Source: Octopus vulgaris (taxonomy: Eukaryota). Taken from it: a DNA stretch of 64,000 nucleotides. The translations under genes were made by a program, and so were the position numbers. This document shows positions 13,883 through 27,059 of the stretch, one piece after another. The stretch covers positions 34,658,001-34,722,000 of the forward strand of contig OX597815.1 in NCBI GenBank assembly GCA_951406725.2. Direction: 5' to 3'. A model generated the notes under the pieces. It saw only the letters and a list, made by a program, of their open reading frames with translations, ran no database searches and was not told the origin of the DNA. Within the stretch, counting starts at the first letter, position 1; every line of letters begins with the position of its first letter.

Positions 13883-16253
13883 GTCAGTCTGTTTAGTAAG
13901 ATATTTTTCTTTGCCACCACTTTTTTTGTTTTCTTTTTGCTTTCTCTTTGTTTTCCGATTTTCCTTACATTCGTCGGGGTTTTTTTTTTCTGTTCTTTTA
14001 AAAAATATTTTAAATATACTGTTTCAAACCTTAAAGAAGTCAAATCTCATTTAAGAAAAAAAAAAAAAAAAAAGAGTAATGATTATATATAATTTAACTT
14101 ATAAATAAAATAATTATAATTTTTAATTAATTTGCCAACTTGTCATTTTATCATCAACATCAGATTGAATAAAATACCAAATCAATTCTACTTTATATAT
14201 CTTTAGCCCTTTGCAAGTTTTGGACGGTATATTCATCATTGTCCCTTAATGTTTATATTATTATATTTGTGCTTGATTTTGGAATTATTATTGTTGCTAA
14301 TGATTTTGAGAGTTCTTACTGTGGTCATAATCTGTTTAAGTAGACCCAGTTATTTGTGTTGTGTTGGGGGTAGCCTTGTATGTTCTTTGTATTTCTCTTG
14401 CTAACTTTTCTTTGTCTGATCGTATTTATAGTGTAATGCTCTGTATACATACGTGCTGGTGTATTTGTTTATTTAAATTTTTTTTTCTATTATTATTATT
14501 ATTATTATTTTGATTTAAATCTTCACCCTGCTTCAAGCCGGAACAGTTACTATTAATTATATTACAAACGGTTTATTGTTTTTTTATTGTTATTGTTACC
14601 TTTTTTTTTATTATTAATGTTGGTTAAATGTCTATGGTGTAAAACCGCATCAACAAAAGAAAGTGCAAATACTTCATGATACTAAATTGAACTTCAGCCA
14701 GATGCTACTGGGAAGATAGAACCGATATGAATACCAGTTGTGTGGTGTATTCGAAACAATCAACTATATATTCTAACAAAGATTTGCCCTCGTCTTGTAT
14801 TTTCTGGCAATATGAATTAGTTGGCGGAGTTGAACACATTTTCTCATATATATTTATATATAACATTAAGACAAAGACAAAACTCAGACACAATTTCTAC
14901 AAAAATCACATACACAAGGGGACAAACATAGAGATTACTATCACTGTCCAAACCGCACAGATGTATCGTATACTAATATTAAATGCACCATGCTGTTTAG
15001 TGACGGAAAACATGCGCGCCAATCTGCGAAGTTATATTTGAAATCTGTTTACAAATTATATTCATGTTTTATGTATATAATGCAAATTTTAATGGCATAG
15101 TGTAATTTTATACATCTCTAAATTTTATAGATATACGTTTATTCTCGTTTTTAAACAAACTGTTTATAAATCTTCAAAAAAAAAAAAAAAAAGCAGCAGA
15201 AAAGAAAAATATTTTCAAATTCATTGTTACATGTATAGCGTCATAAATACGTTCGTAAAATACATATATATATATATATACACACACATTAGTATGTATA
15301 TAACAAATTTAAAAGGCACATGGTGTGGAATGTAATTCATTGTTATACATGTATAGTGTTTATAAATATAGATCTCATATGCACACCATATATATATATA
15401 TATATCACATATGCACACATACACATTTTTGTTATAGACTGTATCTTGGATCTGTATTTTGTTTAGTTCGAATCTAACCGTTGAATGCTGCATTAAGTGT
15501 AAAAGAGTCGAACAAAGTGTCAGCAAATCATGTTTGCCAGACAAAAACAAACTTAGACAAGCGACTCTTTTTCTTTGTTCTTCCTCGTCTGCGTGTTACA
15601 AACTGCTTTTCCTTCCTCTTTACTTTTACTATCATTAGAGACTTTGCATTGGTGCCTTATCTCATGTAACAAAGCATCTATGTATCTATCTGTCTACCTA
15701 CTTTTTATGTATCTTCATATTTGTATCTATGTAACACTCATCTATCTGCCTGTTGCTATCTCCCTCTCTCTCTATGTTTTCCTCTTCTGTCTCTTCCTCT
15801 CTCTCCCTCGTGTGTATATATATATATGTGTGTATATAATGTTACGATGTCAGACGTATTTTTTTTTAAAAAGCTGCTAGCAAAGCAATTACTGTTTATT
15901 TGTTGGTGATATATGTCAAAAGTAGACTTCTATATATAGTTTCAACATATTTTCTTATCTCACAAAATACACAACAATTTTCAGATTTTCAATTCCCTTG
16001 CGGGGTTTATATGATTTGAAAAATACACAATATAGATACAATACAATATATATTTTTTTCATTGAGAAATCATAAGCCCAATCACAAGGTATTCTATGCT
16101 GTACCATACTCTTTCTCTCTACACTCACACACACACAGTGCCAACACACGAAACTCTAGGACCTTGAGTCACTTTTGCTTCTGCGAAATATTAATAAAAC
16201 TATATACATATACTCATATTTTGACTTCAAATTTTCCTGTTTGCACCAACATA

Positions 16254-16311
<58 letters not shown>

Positions 16312-17688
16312 CTTGAATTTTTGTTGACTTGGTGGGAAAAATGTTTCTAAATGAGCTCCAGGAGGTATCCTTTTTAGCAAACTTTAAATTTAGTTTTTCA
16401 AAACATATTTTGAACTAGGATTGTTTACATATTGCCAAGCAATATTAGAGTGTTATCTCCTTCATGTAAACATTATCAGAACTTAAATGTTATCCATTGG
16501 TTCCAAGGATCTTTGGATATGTGTATATTCTACTTCTATCTTATTAGGCTTTTATTACGATTATGATTATTATTATTATTATTATTATACTTCAAACTGT
16601 TTTTCTACTTGGTTATTTTCTCGCTAGCCTATCTATCTATCTATCTAGCTATCTACTAATATAGAACTAACATTTCCTTCACTATATTCAACATGCTTTT
16701 TATTATACATACAGGCGCATCAAACTACTTAGTTACAATACATAACGCGTACAACCCCACACACTGCTCACGCACGTGTTTCCGCCGTGATTTATTTTAT
16801 ATTACACAGACTGTGCACTGTTTGGCGGAGAGGGCAAGGTTGAGTCATTTTGATTCGTATCCCAGTTTATTACTATGAATAAGAATTTCTCTTGCTGCAA
16901 TCACTCAGATGAATACGATCCAAATTTTAGCTCCCATCTTATTAATTCTAAGTGCATCCATCATACATATTAACGAGTGAGCTGTATAAATTCTGAAGAA
17001 AATGACTGATAGAAATCAAAATACAAACTCTATGAATATCTCTAACGACTTTATTATAACCATGCAAGATTATTTTAAATGTAGTTACGGAAACATTTCC
17101 CCTACTCCCAAGAAAGTTAGTTGTATACAGGAACGATTTTCATCCATAGATGTATAATCATTCTCGTAGTCTACTTCATTTCAGAGATATATTTTAATTG
17201 CTCCCCCTCCCTTTAGATTTTATATTTTTCGTGTTTCTTTAAAAGTTATGAATGTAGCTGTTCCACTCTTTTCTATAAATTAGCAAGTTTAGAAACAAAA
17301 CAAAACCAAAAAAATCTTTTTTTATAAACTAACGGTTGTGTCATGTATTTTACAATATATTGTATACGTGTGTGTGTTGATATATATATACCTTTCAGCC
17401 AGCATTCTGCGGGTAGCTATAGATATATTTGCATGCTGTAAACATGGGCAACGGGTATTGGCTTACTAATGTCATGTCATGTCAGCTCCGATTTTTTTTT
17501 AGCTAATTTTCACATTAAGGGTATTCTCTGTTTGTAGAAATGCTTTCTGTTACAACTGCACATGGTCATGCTGTTATTACACAGATGGGATTATACTGGC
17601 TGATAAAGGCGTGTAATGTAGTTATATTACAACATAACATGCACTAGTCAACGCGCACACATACACACCATGCATATTTGTGTATAAC

Positions 17689-17719
<31 letters not shown>

Positions 17720-18082
17720 ATGTACTCTCACACGATGTTATGGTGTCTATAAATCAAGTCAAATACAAGTGCTTATTTGAATACAAGTAAAAAATTAGGA
17801 TAGACATACATCATATATTAATGAGTATGTATGTGTGTATAAATATAATATATATGAATACCTGCTTATGTATGTACATGGAACAGAATCAATCTCGCCG
17901 GAAGAATTTACATGAATCATCAAAATAATACTAGGTGTTGATGTTGAGTAAAGTATATATGTTTTGATATTGTCTAAAATATTGTTATCGGAATTTCATA
18001 ACTGGATTATTTGAGACAATCCATGGATGATGAGATAAGTTTTTTCACTTAGAAAGGACCGCCATACATACATACATACAAT

Positions 18083-18136
<54 letters not shown>

Positions 18137-18329
18137 GTCTTTAGTACTCATGTCAGTTGCTGATCTGCGATCAAGCTTTGAAGGGTTTACAGATGACACC
18201 AACTTCTGTACTTATTTTCAGGCATGCTTCTTATTCTATCGGATATTTACTGGCGAACTGCTAGGTTACAAAATAGTACTTGTCTTCAAGCTATAAGATG
18301 CAAACTTAAAAGCCACGCACACTTGTATG

Positions 18330-18362
<33 letters not shown>

Positions 18363-18369
18363 AACATCA

Positions 18370-19400
18370 GAAAGGCTTCCGGTCTCATATCAAATTTGAA
18401 GAAAGCAGCGTAGCTGGCTTCAACACAAGCAAAACTCTCGATCGAGTCTGGTACCTAAATCTCCTGCTAAAACTACCCACCTATGGACCTCATCCATTTC
18501 TCGTCACGATGTGTACTGATGGAGCACTCTGTGACCCACCTTATAAACTCTGGTGTGTTCTAGGTTTCAGTTTGTCCCCCATATCCTCTATGCTATATAT
18601 ATATATTATGTATATAACGACCTACAGGCAGGCCGTTACCGCAAACAACGCCCAGTTCAATGCAAGCTGTGCACCTCCTTCTCTAACCTTTTACACCCAG
18701 CCATCATCAGCATGTAAACATAGACTTCTCATGCCAAATCTCCATTGACTTCACCTACAAAGGCCTCCAAAATATGCCAATGTTTGCCTCTTCGAAAATA
18801 TATCAGTGCACATAAGAAGGAAAGGGTAAATTTTTATCGTAACACCCGTTTCACTTTCACGGTGTCATGTTTTTCCTGTGGTTTTTGACATGTTTTGAAC
18901 GAATCTAACAGACAGAACCGTCGGAAATGACTCATTCTTTAGGCTAACGACTCCCTACTGAGTGAGATAGATGTGATAGTGAAAATTGCCGAAACCATCC
19001 TGCTGTACACTCTTGAACATGCTTCAAATGTGAGGTTCTCACTCTGACAAGATCTCCAACGGTGAACGCACGTCCTCAACGTCAAGGCAGCATCACATCG
19101 GCTGCCATTTCCTTTGAAGAGCCCCATAATACGTCTTTAATGCCCCAACCGTCAACAATTAGTCACTCTCATCTAAGCTCAGGTGTGGCTAACAGTGGAG
19201 AGCTGTTCCTACATCAGGGTGATGCTGCTGCAGCCCACACAGAAATCTTGGGCTGCGCTGAAGGAAAGGCCATTCAACTGATATGCATGAAGTCACTTTT
19301 TCACCCACGTACGTGATGTTTGGACTCTCCTTTGCGGAGTTAGTTGGCGGTTTTCCTACCACCCCCTCTAAGGCATTCCCTATTCACTCGTCTCTCAACC
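18370..19400 (+). mobile_element. Highly decayed Jockey/CR1-like LINE RT remnant
   Basis: SKTLDRVWYLNLLLKLPTYG matches the SKAFDRVWH..LL.KL..YG motif. A weaker LEHASNV (cf. LEY.S.VW) lies downstream. Confidence 0.6.
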
Positions 19401-20602
19401 CTTCCTACACCAAACTTCGGTCCTTTGGATTCTTTATTTACACATGCTCCCCCGGCAGTTGTCAGTTTGCCATCATGGCATCCATCTCATCGGTATTGGC
19501 GGGTCTGCGAAGGCCATAGGCACAAGCTCCTTCATCCAGACTAATCATATATATAATGTGTAAAAATTTCTTCCAAACATATGTAAATAGCTATCCACTC
19601 CCTGCATATTGCAACATGCAGTAAATTAACATGTGTGCCATTTGCTTGATCAGCGCTGACCAGAGCTATACTCTCTCTCTCTCTCTCTCTCTCCGCACAC
19701 ACACACACACATTTGAACACTGCAAATTATAAACCATTTCCTTCAGACCGTCCAAAATTTATATGCATATTTATTTCGTATTTCGCATACTTGCGCGCGC
19801 ACACACATATGTATATATGTATATTACACGTGTTTAGGTAACACAACAAGAATAATGCCTGAAATATTTGCATACGGAAGCTGGTGATGCATTTCAAAAA
19901 TACCATAATGAAAATATTACAACACAGCGGCCGTGACTGGACGGTTACACTAATTAGTATGTCGTGCTATGAGTATTAGAAGACTTGCACATTGCGGCTA
20001 GTATATTTAGATAGCGAGATATCTCAGGATATGCGCTTGTAATCGGCATTTGTCGCTTGTGGCAAAACAGATTATATACCTTTAAAATATAGCAAGTCAG
20101 TCTCTAAACTTTAGGCATATTGACAGAAATATTTAGTTTGAGCTACATAAATGCTGTCACTCGATGTGTGTGTGTTGGATTTTTCTCGAATCAGTCTCTT
20201 GTTCCTCAATTTCGCCTGCAAATTGTGAATCAAAATAAAATATTAATCTCTAAACTGGTGTGTGTGTGTGTTTCTATTTACAGATAAATTTAACTTGCTA
20301 TCTGTCATATCACAGTATTTGTTTCTTTTTTTCCTTTTATATTTGGTTTTGGCGTCTGTTCATTGGTTTATACTGGACATAACTGTCGTTATTATTATTA
20401 TCTCTATATTCGACTAGTTAAGACTGTTGATATATTGGTGTAAATGTACCCAGTCTGCTACCCGTGTATCTAGGTGTAGGTATTGTGTGCGCGCGCACAA
20501 ATATACATGTTGTCGTGTGAAAGTGTAACCAGACATACCGCCATGTTGCTAAATGCACATGTGGGAATAATGTCTTCCAAGAATATGCTTTTGTTTATAT
20601 CC

Positions 20603-20800
20603 GTGTTGTTAAGCCCCAGATCAGATCTGATTGAGCTGTTCTGCGGTAGTCGTTCTACCCGTGACTATTTATTATGGACTTTTGCTTTGTGCAGAAAACC
20701 CAGGTGGAGAACATCGATGTGTGTCTCATTCCATAAGATTCTGGGAATGAGGTTGGTTAATCTGAGATATTTTGGCTGCTATTTCTAGCAAGTCGAGCTA
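20603..20800 (-). mobile_element. SINE-like family D
   Basis: GTTGTTAAGCCCCAGATCAG...TTTGGCTGCTATTTCTAGCAAGTCGAGC is the reverse of family D. Confidence 0.7.
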
Positions 20801-20821
20801 TCACTAAACTATGTACCTATT

Positions 20822-21008
20822 TCTCTATTACCCACAAGGGGCTAAACATAGAGGGGACAAACAAGGATAGACATAGGTATTATTAAGTCGATTACATCGA
20901 CCCCCAGTGCGTAACTGGTACTTAATTTATCGACCCCGTAAGGATGAAAGGCAAAGTCGACCTCGGCGGAATTTGAACTCAGAACGTAACGGCAGACGAA
21001 ATACCGCT
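20822..21008 (-). mobile_element. SINE family B
   Basis: Young-looking copy with CpGs intact: ATCGACCCCGTAAGGATGAAAGGCAAAGTCGACCTCGGCGGAATTTGAACTCAG. Confidence 0.9.
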
Positions 21009-21498
21009 CCTTCTATCTTATTTGTTTGCGTGTATGCATATTTATTTGGAATTGTACATATGTTTGTGTGCATGTTTCTTTATTTATGGCTGTGAAAGTA
21101 TCTATAATCTTATGGCATATACGAGCGTATATATCGGTTTCTTATATTTTATTGTTTGGTATAACATGTGCGTGCATATAGTCATACACGCTTATTGTAT
21201 GCATGTGCTTGCTGGCGTGTGAAAACATGTATACATGTGTGTATTAAAAATATCTGCAATTTTACTTGCATATATGAGTGTGAATACATATACTTCTTTT
21301 TGCTTTCTATTTGTGTCGCATGTGTGTGTTTGTGTACGTATATACACACACATCTGCAGACTTGCGTATATGCTTGTTTGAGTGCGTTTGAATGTTCATG
21401 TATATAAATACACGTGTGTTTGTGTGTATGTGTTTGTGTACTATTATAGTGTGTTTGCATTGTGTGTGTGCATTATTATATATATATATATAGATATG

Positions 21499-21537
<39 letters not shown>

Positions 21538-22104
21538 GCGTGTGTGCACACACTCGTGTATGTATTGCTCGTTTGCATGTTCATATATATATATATATAT
21601 GTATGTGTGAGACTATGCTTCTTCTATATGTAGCTTACACATCTGCCCTTCCGCCTCGCGCTCGCGCGTGCGTGATGGTGACTTCATCATCGTCTGTCAG
21701 GTTGCCTTTGTTTCCATGCTGCACCGAGGATAAGCACGATGTGGTGTTGTTGTTACTGAGCTGTAAATGCACTGCTAGTAGTGCACAAGCAGTGCATAAC
21801 AAGCTCCATAAATTAAAGCCTGCTGACGTAAACATCAATAACAGTTGTTACACATTTATTTAAGTAAAACGAGGAAAACAAAATATTCTATAAATCTATG
21901 TGAATTAATAATTAAGTTCTGAATAAAATCAACAAATATATAACTGGGATGATAGATAGTGTTGTGAATAGGATTTTGTGATGTTCATGAAAAAATGAAA
22001 GGTAGAAGGCTTCAATTCTGTATAGATACCAGCTTTTTTATTCGACCTGCCGGTAGATTTCCTTTCTTTTTCTAGAGCAGTTTAGTGAATTGGTCGAGAG
22101 CCTT

Positions 22105-22280
22105 TAATGAGGCTGCTCGACCTGCTGGAAATAGCAGCTAAGCTTTCAATCACTTTTTTTTTTTTTTTTATAGAAATAAAGGATATTCGATAATGTCTGA
22201 AAAGATATTATATATAATGATGGTTAGATTGCTTTAATCGTAAGTAAACCTGCTCTTGCCGGAATGACCTGGGGTTAAAA
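22105..22280 (+). mobile_element. SINE-like family D
   Basis: GGCTGCTCGACCTGCTGGAAATAGCAGCTAA...ATGACCTGGGGTTAAA. Confidence 0.7.
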
Positions 22281-22301
22281 AAAACTATGAGGTGAATGGA
22301 T

Positions 22302-22750
22302 GGTGACTAGCTGGCCGAATCGTTAGCACGTTGGGTAAAATGTTTAGCAGCATTTCGTCCATCGTTAGGCTCGAAGTTCAAATTCCAGCAAAGTCGACCT
22401 TGCCTTTTATCCTCTCGGGGTCGATAAATGAGTACCAGTTGGACACTGGGGTCGATGTTATCGACTTACTTCCCTTTCCCTGAAATTTTTGGCTTTGTGC
22501 CAATATTTGAAATCGTTATTATTGTTGTTGATGTTATTGTTATCATTATGGTGGCGAGCTGGCAGAATCGTTAGCATGCCGGGCAAAATTCTTAACGGCA
22601 TTTCTTTCGCCTGAGTTCAAAAGCTGCCGAGGTCGATTTTGTCTCATCCTTACAATTAATTACTTGTTGATCTCTGGAGTCAATTTAATCGACTAACCTA
22701 CTTCCCCCCACAAATTTCAGGCCTTGTGCCCTTTTTGTAGAAAGGGTTAG
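22302..22750 (+). mobile_element. Two tandem SINE family B copies
   Basis: Two heads (GCTGGCCGAATCGTTAGCA and GCTGGCAGAATCGTTAGCA), each followed by a GTTCAAA B-box and core, separated by a (TTA/TTG) tract. Confidence 0.85.
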
Positions 22751-23839
22751 CAGTGGTGATTTTCTTATTCCCTTTCTATACGAGGAGTGGATATGAATTA
22801 GACACGATATATCTTGCAGGTACTAGTCATATATTGGGGAAGGAGAATGGCATTCTTATTAGATAAGAGCACCCTGGTTATTACACACGCACAAATGTAT
22901 AAACACACGTGTGTGTAGAACTTCATATTGGCTATATAAAAACTATGTCTCTTTGTATTCGCATGAACACACGACACATTCACATATTAATGTGCGTATA
23001 CGTATGTGTTCAACTTTGTGCAAAATGCATAAATAGTATGTATGTATATGTATTTATTATATTACAATATGCATATGTGTAATATGCAGACGTATCTTAA
23101 GGGGGGAAGAGGCGGAAAGATATGTTGAGAGACAGAGAGGCAAGAGATGATTCACCATCATCATCATCATCATCATCAGCAGCAGCATAGTAGATGTATT
23201 TCCTTGTTTCACTTCCAAAAATCGATATGTCTAGCCACTTTGCTATATCGGCGTATCTTTGTATTTATACGATATGATGTCACTGGATTATATTATATGT
23301 ATGCATGTGTGTGTGTATGTGCGTGTGGCGAAAAGGTGTTAGTTACTTATATATCGATCCTACTATTTATTTCAGGTTGATATTTATTTAATCGATCATT
23401 ATTTGTCGAACCGCTCTTTTCTGTGATTTTAAAAAGAGCACAAATAAACAATAAGGGTTTTTTAAGGCCAGTTATAACCATAACATTATGATAAAATACA
23501 CCCGATTCATACAGTTTTTAAAAAATAGTTGGTGATAGGAAGAGCACTCTGCTATAATAACCTACGCCAAAACCTAAGAGGGTATATATCTTACAGGGTT
23601 ATTCGGTTTTTCAGTGTGTGTTAGGTGCATTACTACTATACCGAGTTTATGAGATGCAGTGAGGCTTTTGTCAAAGTTATGAGACGAGGTGAGGCCTTTG
23701 TCAGTGTGATGGAGGAACGGACGGAAAATTGCGCGTGAGTGTGCATGTATTCGACAGGATTGCCTTTACACACACACACACACACACACATATACAAACA
23801 CACACACACACAAATGACGAAGGCTCGAGACTTCTGTCA

Positions 23840-24095
23840 GTTTGCTTGTGCTTCAGAAGATACGTCAAGCGAACTAAAATCGTGACCGTCCAATGCATTC
23901 AGGCATGTCCTCCAAATCCCTTTCTCAGCCAAGAGATCCTGACCATGATTAAAGCACCCTCTACACTCTGTGAAGTGGTTGGCGTTAGGAAGGGCATCTA
24001 GTCGTAAAAACCGTGCCAGAACAGACAAATGGGGCTCGGGCAGCACTCCAGCTGGCCATTTCCTGTCTAACCGATGTTAAATGACCGTGATGATA
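23840..24095 (+). mobile_element. SINE-like family E (GTGGTTGGCGTTAGGAAGGGCATC core, (GAT)n tail)
   Basis: Core plus tail ...GTTAAATGACCGTGATGA. Reverse homologues at about 55985-56170, 60298-60500 and 63082-63250. Confidence 0.65.
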
Positions 24096-24255
24096 TATGT
24101 ATGTGTATATTATATATGTATATTTTTATTCTTTTACTTGTTTCAGTCATTTGACTGCGGCCATGCTGGTCCATGTGATGTAGACAGCAAACAGATGTAT
24201 TAGTTTAACGCTCGGGAAGGGAAAAAGTCTTTAACGTTTCGAGCCTACACTCCTC

Positions 24256-24292
<37 letters not shown>

Positions 24293-25189
24293 CACACATA
24301 TATATACATATACACATATATATGTGTGTGTGTGGAATTTAGAGACAAAACCTCAATTTGGCAATTCAGTCAATACTGAACGATATTATCTATACAAAAC
24401 CATATAGAAAGTAGTTAAATATATTATAAATATTATTCTGAAAATCACAAATCAAATATAAACATTATATCGACTACGCGCGTTTCGTGACCATATATTT
24501 AAATCGATAATGTTAAATAGTGTATGTTGATATAGTATTGCTAAATTGAATTTTTTTCTGTTGGCTTAGAATTTTATATTCCCTAACTAATACTAATAAT
24601 ATATATTTAATTTTATATCTATATATATTCCTATCTATCTATCTATCTATCTATCTATCTCGCCGATTAGAAAGTTACCATTGGTTTCGCGCCTACTATG
24701 CTCTCAGCATATCGGTGACACCCCTCTTACTCCCTGCTCATATTCCTGCAAAAGCTAAGGACATTATATCTTCCTACAGACGCAACATCTACAGGATTGA
24801 TATGCGCAAAGGGTTAGAGGTGTAACGTTCTAGGAAGGAATATTTTATATACATAGCGATTACTTCGAAGTTTCGGCTTGCTCGGCGTCAAATTTTGGTT
24901 TAGTTGTTTCTTTTTTCTGAATTTGTATAGTTTTTTAATTGGTTCTTTTATTAGGGGAAAAGTAAATCAGACACTAGGTGTGACAGATAACCAGCAAAAG
25001 TTGTGTACACAACAACTTATCCTGTGTTATACATTGCTCCATTTACCAAAGAAGCACCTTCCAAAAAGTATATAAAGCTCAAAAGAATGAAAGTCAACTT
25101 TGCGAAAATTAATATTGAACAATCCTTCAGTATTGTGTTGTCTATATACGCACAAACACACACACACATACGTACACATACATACATAT

Positions 25190-25500
25190 GTGGCATCTTG
25201 GGCAATTGTCTTCTACTATAGCCTCGGGCCGACTAAACCCTGTGATTGGATTTGGTAGAGGGGAAACTGAAAGAAGCCCATCGTATATATATATATATTT
25301 ATGTGTGTGTCTTCGTGTCTATGTTTTTTCCCCCGTAACCGCTTCACAACCGCTGCTGCTCTGTTTACGTCCCCTTAACATAGTGGTTCGGCAAAGACAC
25401 TGATGGAATAAGTGCCAGGCTTAGGAGTCAATTCGTTCGGCTAAAATTCTATAAGACACACTCCAGCATGGCTGTAATCTAATGATTGAAACAAGTATTA
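25190..25500 (+). mobile_element. SINE family A, 5'-truncated
   Basis: GTGGCATCTTGGGCAATTGTCTTCTACTATAGCCTCGGGCCGAC...GATTGAAACAAGTA. Confidence 0.85.
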
Positions 25501-25627
25501 GATAAAACGCGCGCGTACACACACACACACACAAAACAAACCACGCATGTAACAAAAGAAGTAGAACTCGATAATACAAGAAACAGAGGATGAAATTTAT
25601 TAAATGGAACAAGCATGTGGCACTTAC

Positions 25628-25771
25628 ATTCAGAACTCCCAAGTTTCTCAGTTTATTCGATTCAGCTGCTGCGAAGTGAGGAGCGATAAAACGAATCGGA
25701 TAAATCGTTATCGAGAAACTAGGAGTTACAAGTCAGGACAAAAACAAGTATGGCCATTGTTTATCTATGAG
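25628..25771 (-). other. Candidate 144-nt internal exon (coding status unclear)
   Basis: Minus strand: GTTTTTGTTTTGCAG acceptor and AT|GTAAGT donor around unique, non-repeat sequence. The phase-0 frame is open except for one TGA. Confidence 0.35.
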
Positions 25772-26190
25772 CTGCAAAACAAAAACGTCTTGAACCCAGT
25801 AGGTGATTTGCAGCTGTCTTGCAATCAATCTGTAAATGTCTCCTCTCTGTTAAATGTATTGCAGAATCATAACAACTGCTACTGTGTAGAGATACATGTC
25901 TTTACGAATACAAAGACGTTTGTTTCGTGATTGGCTGGCGAGTGTTTCTTTCGGATAACTATCAGCTATTATTAAGTGCTTTGAATGTTCTACGAGACCA
26001 GTCTTACGAAGACAAACTCGATAATAAGTTAATGACATCTAAAGGGATTAACAATATCTATGAGATATCCTTTCCTTGCGGCTCGTTTCAATTTTTTGTG
26101 TGCCTAATGCGATTCGTTTGAAAATACATGGACGTATTTAGTATAATTTTTTCCTGAAACCTTAGGCATGTGTATGTGTGTGGACGTATA

Positions 26191-26253
<63 letters not shown>

Positions 26254-27003
26254 TCATAAGGGAGTGTGTCTCCAAAGGTCATGAGTGGTATATACCTCCA
26301 ACTAAATATCAAATGTCTTTATGCTTCGTTCTTTTTCTCTCTTCTTCTCAAACGTACGCGCACGCGAATACAAAATAGACACAGTTATATACAGATGTTA
26401 ATAGTATACAGCAAATATAAGCTATGAATCTTATATATATTAAATCCACATACTCGCGTGTATGTGTACATATATTCGTACATGTTGATAATGTATGTAT
26501 GTGTACATATATTTGTATATGTTAACGTATGCATGCGTATTCGTTATATGTTTGTGTTATACTTGTATGTTCAACTTGGGCAATTATTGCAAACATGTGA
26601 ACATACGCACACAGCGCCTACAGATATTAATTTTTAGTAACATTGTAAGCGTATTGGAAATATAGATATGCTCTGTGTATGTGTGTATGTGACTGCATGT
26701 CTGTTCATGGATCTCTCTAGTAATTGCCCGAGTTGTAAATAAACAGGAATAATTGTTCTGTCGTCGTATGTGTTTGCTACGTGTGTGTGTCTGTGAAGCT
26801 TTTTTAATTTTCTTTTATTTTTTGTTGTTTTTGTTATACCAGTTCCATATTTCTTTTAATGTTAGGAACATGTGAGTCATTAATACCTAGTTCCTGTGAG
26901 CAGAAATACACATACTCGCTAAGTATTCCAGTCGACATACAGTATTTTTACATGCATACACATCTAGATCTATCTGTACGCGCGCGCGCACTACATGGTC
27001 GGC

Positions 27004-27059
<56 letters not shown>

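Noticed and set aside
20421-20456. miR-190-like GTTGATATATTGGTG
   Set aside because: The seed does not match and the hairpin is only about 36 nt.
21765-21787. TAAATGCACT resembling miR-277
   Set aside because: Only the first 10 nt match, and no pre-miRNA-length stem forms with the upstream sequence.
24470-24492. Minus-strand CGAAACGCGCGTA, resembling a Penelope hammerhead stem III
   Set aside because: No CUGANGA core was found at a plausible distance; at most a truncated fragment.
25604-25930. 108-aa plus-strand ORF
   Set aside because: No recognisable domain or splice context; the splice signals here favour the opposite strand.
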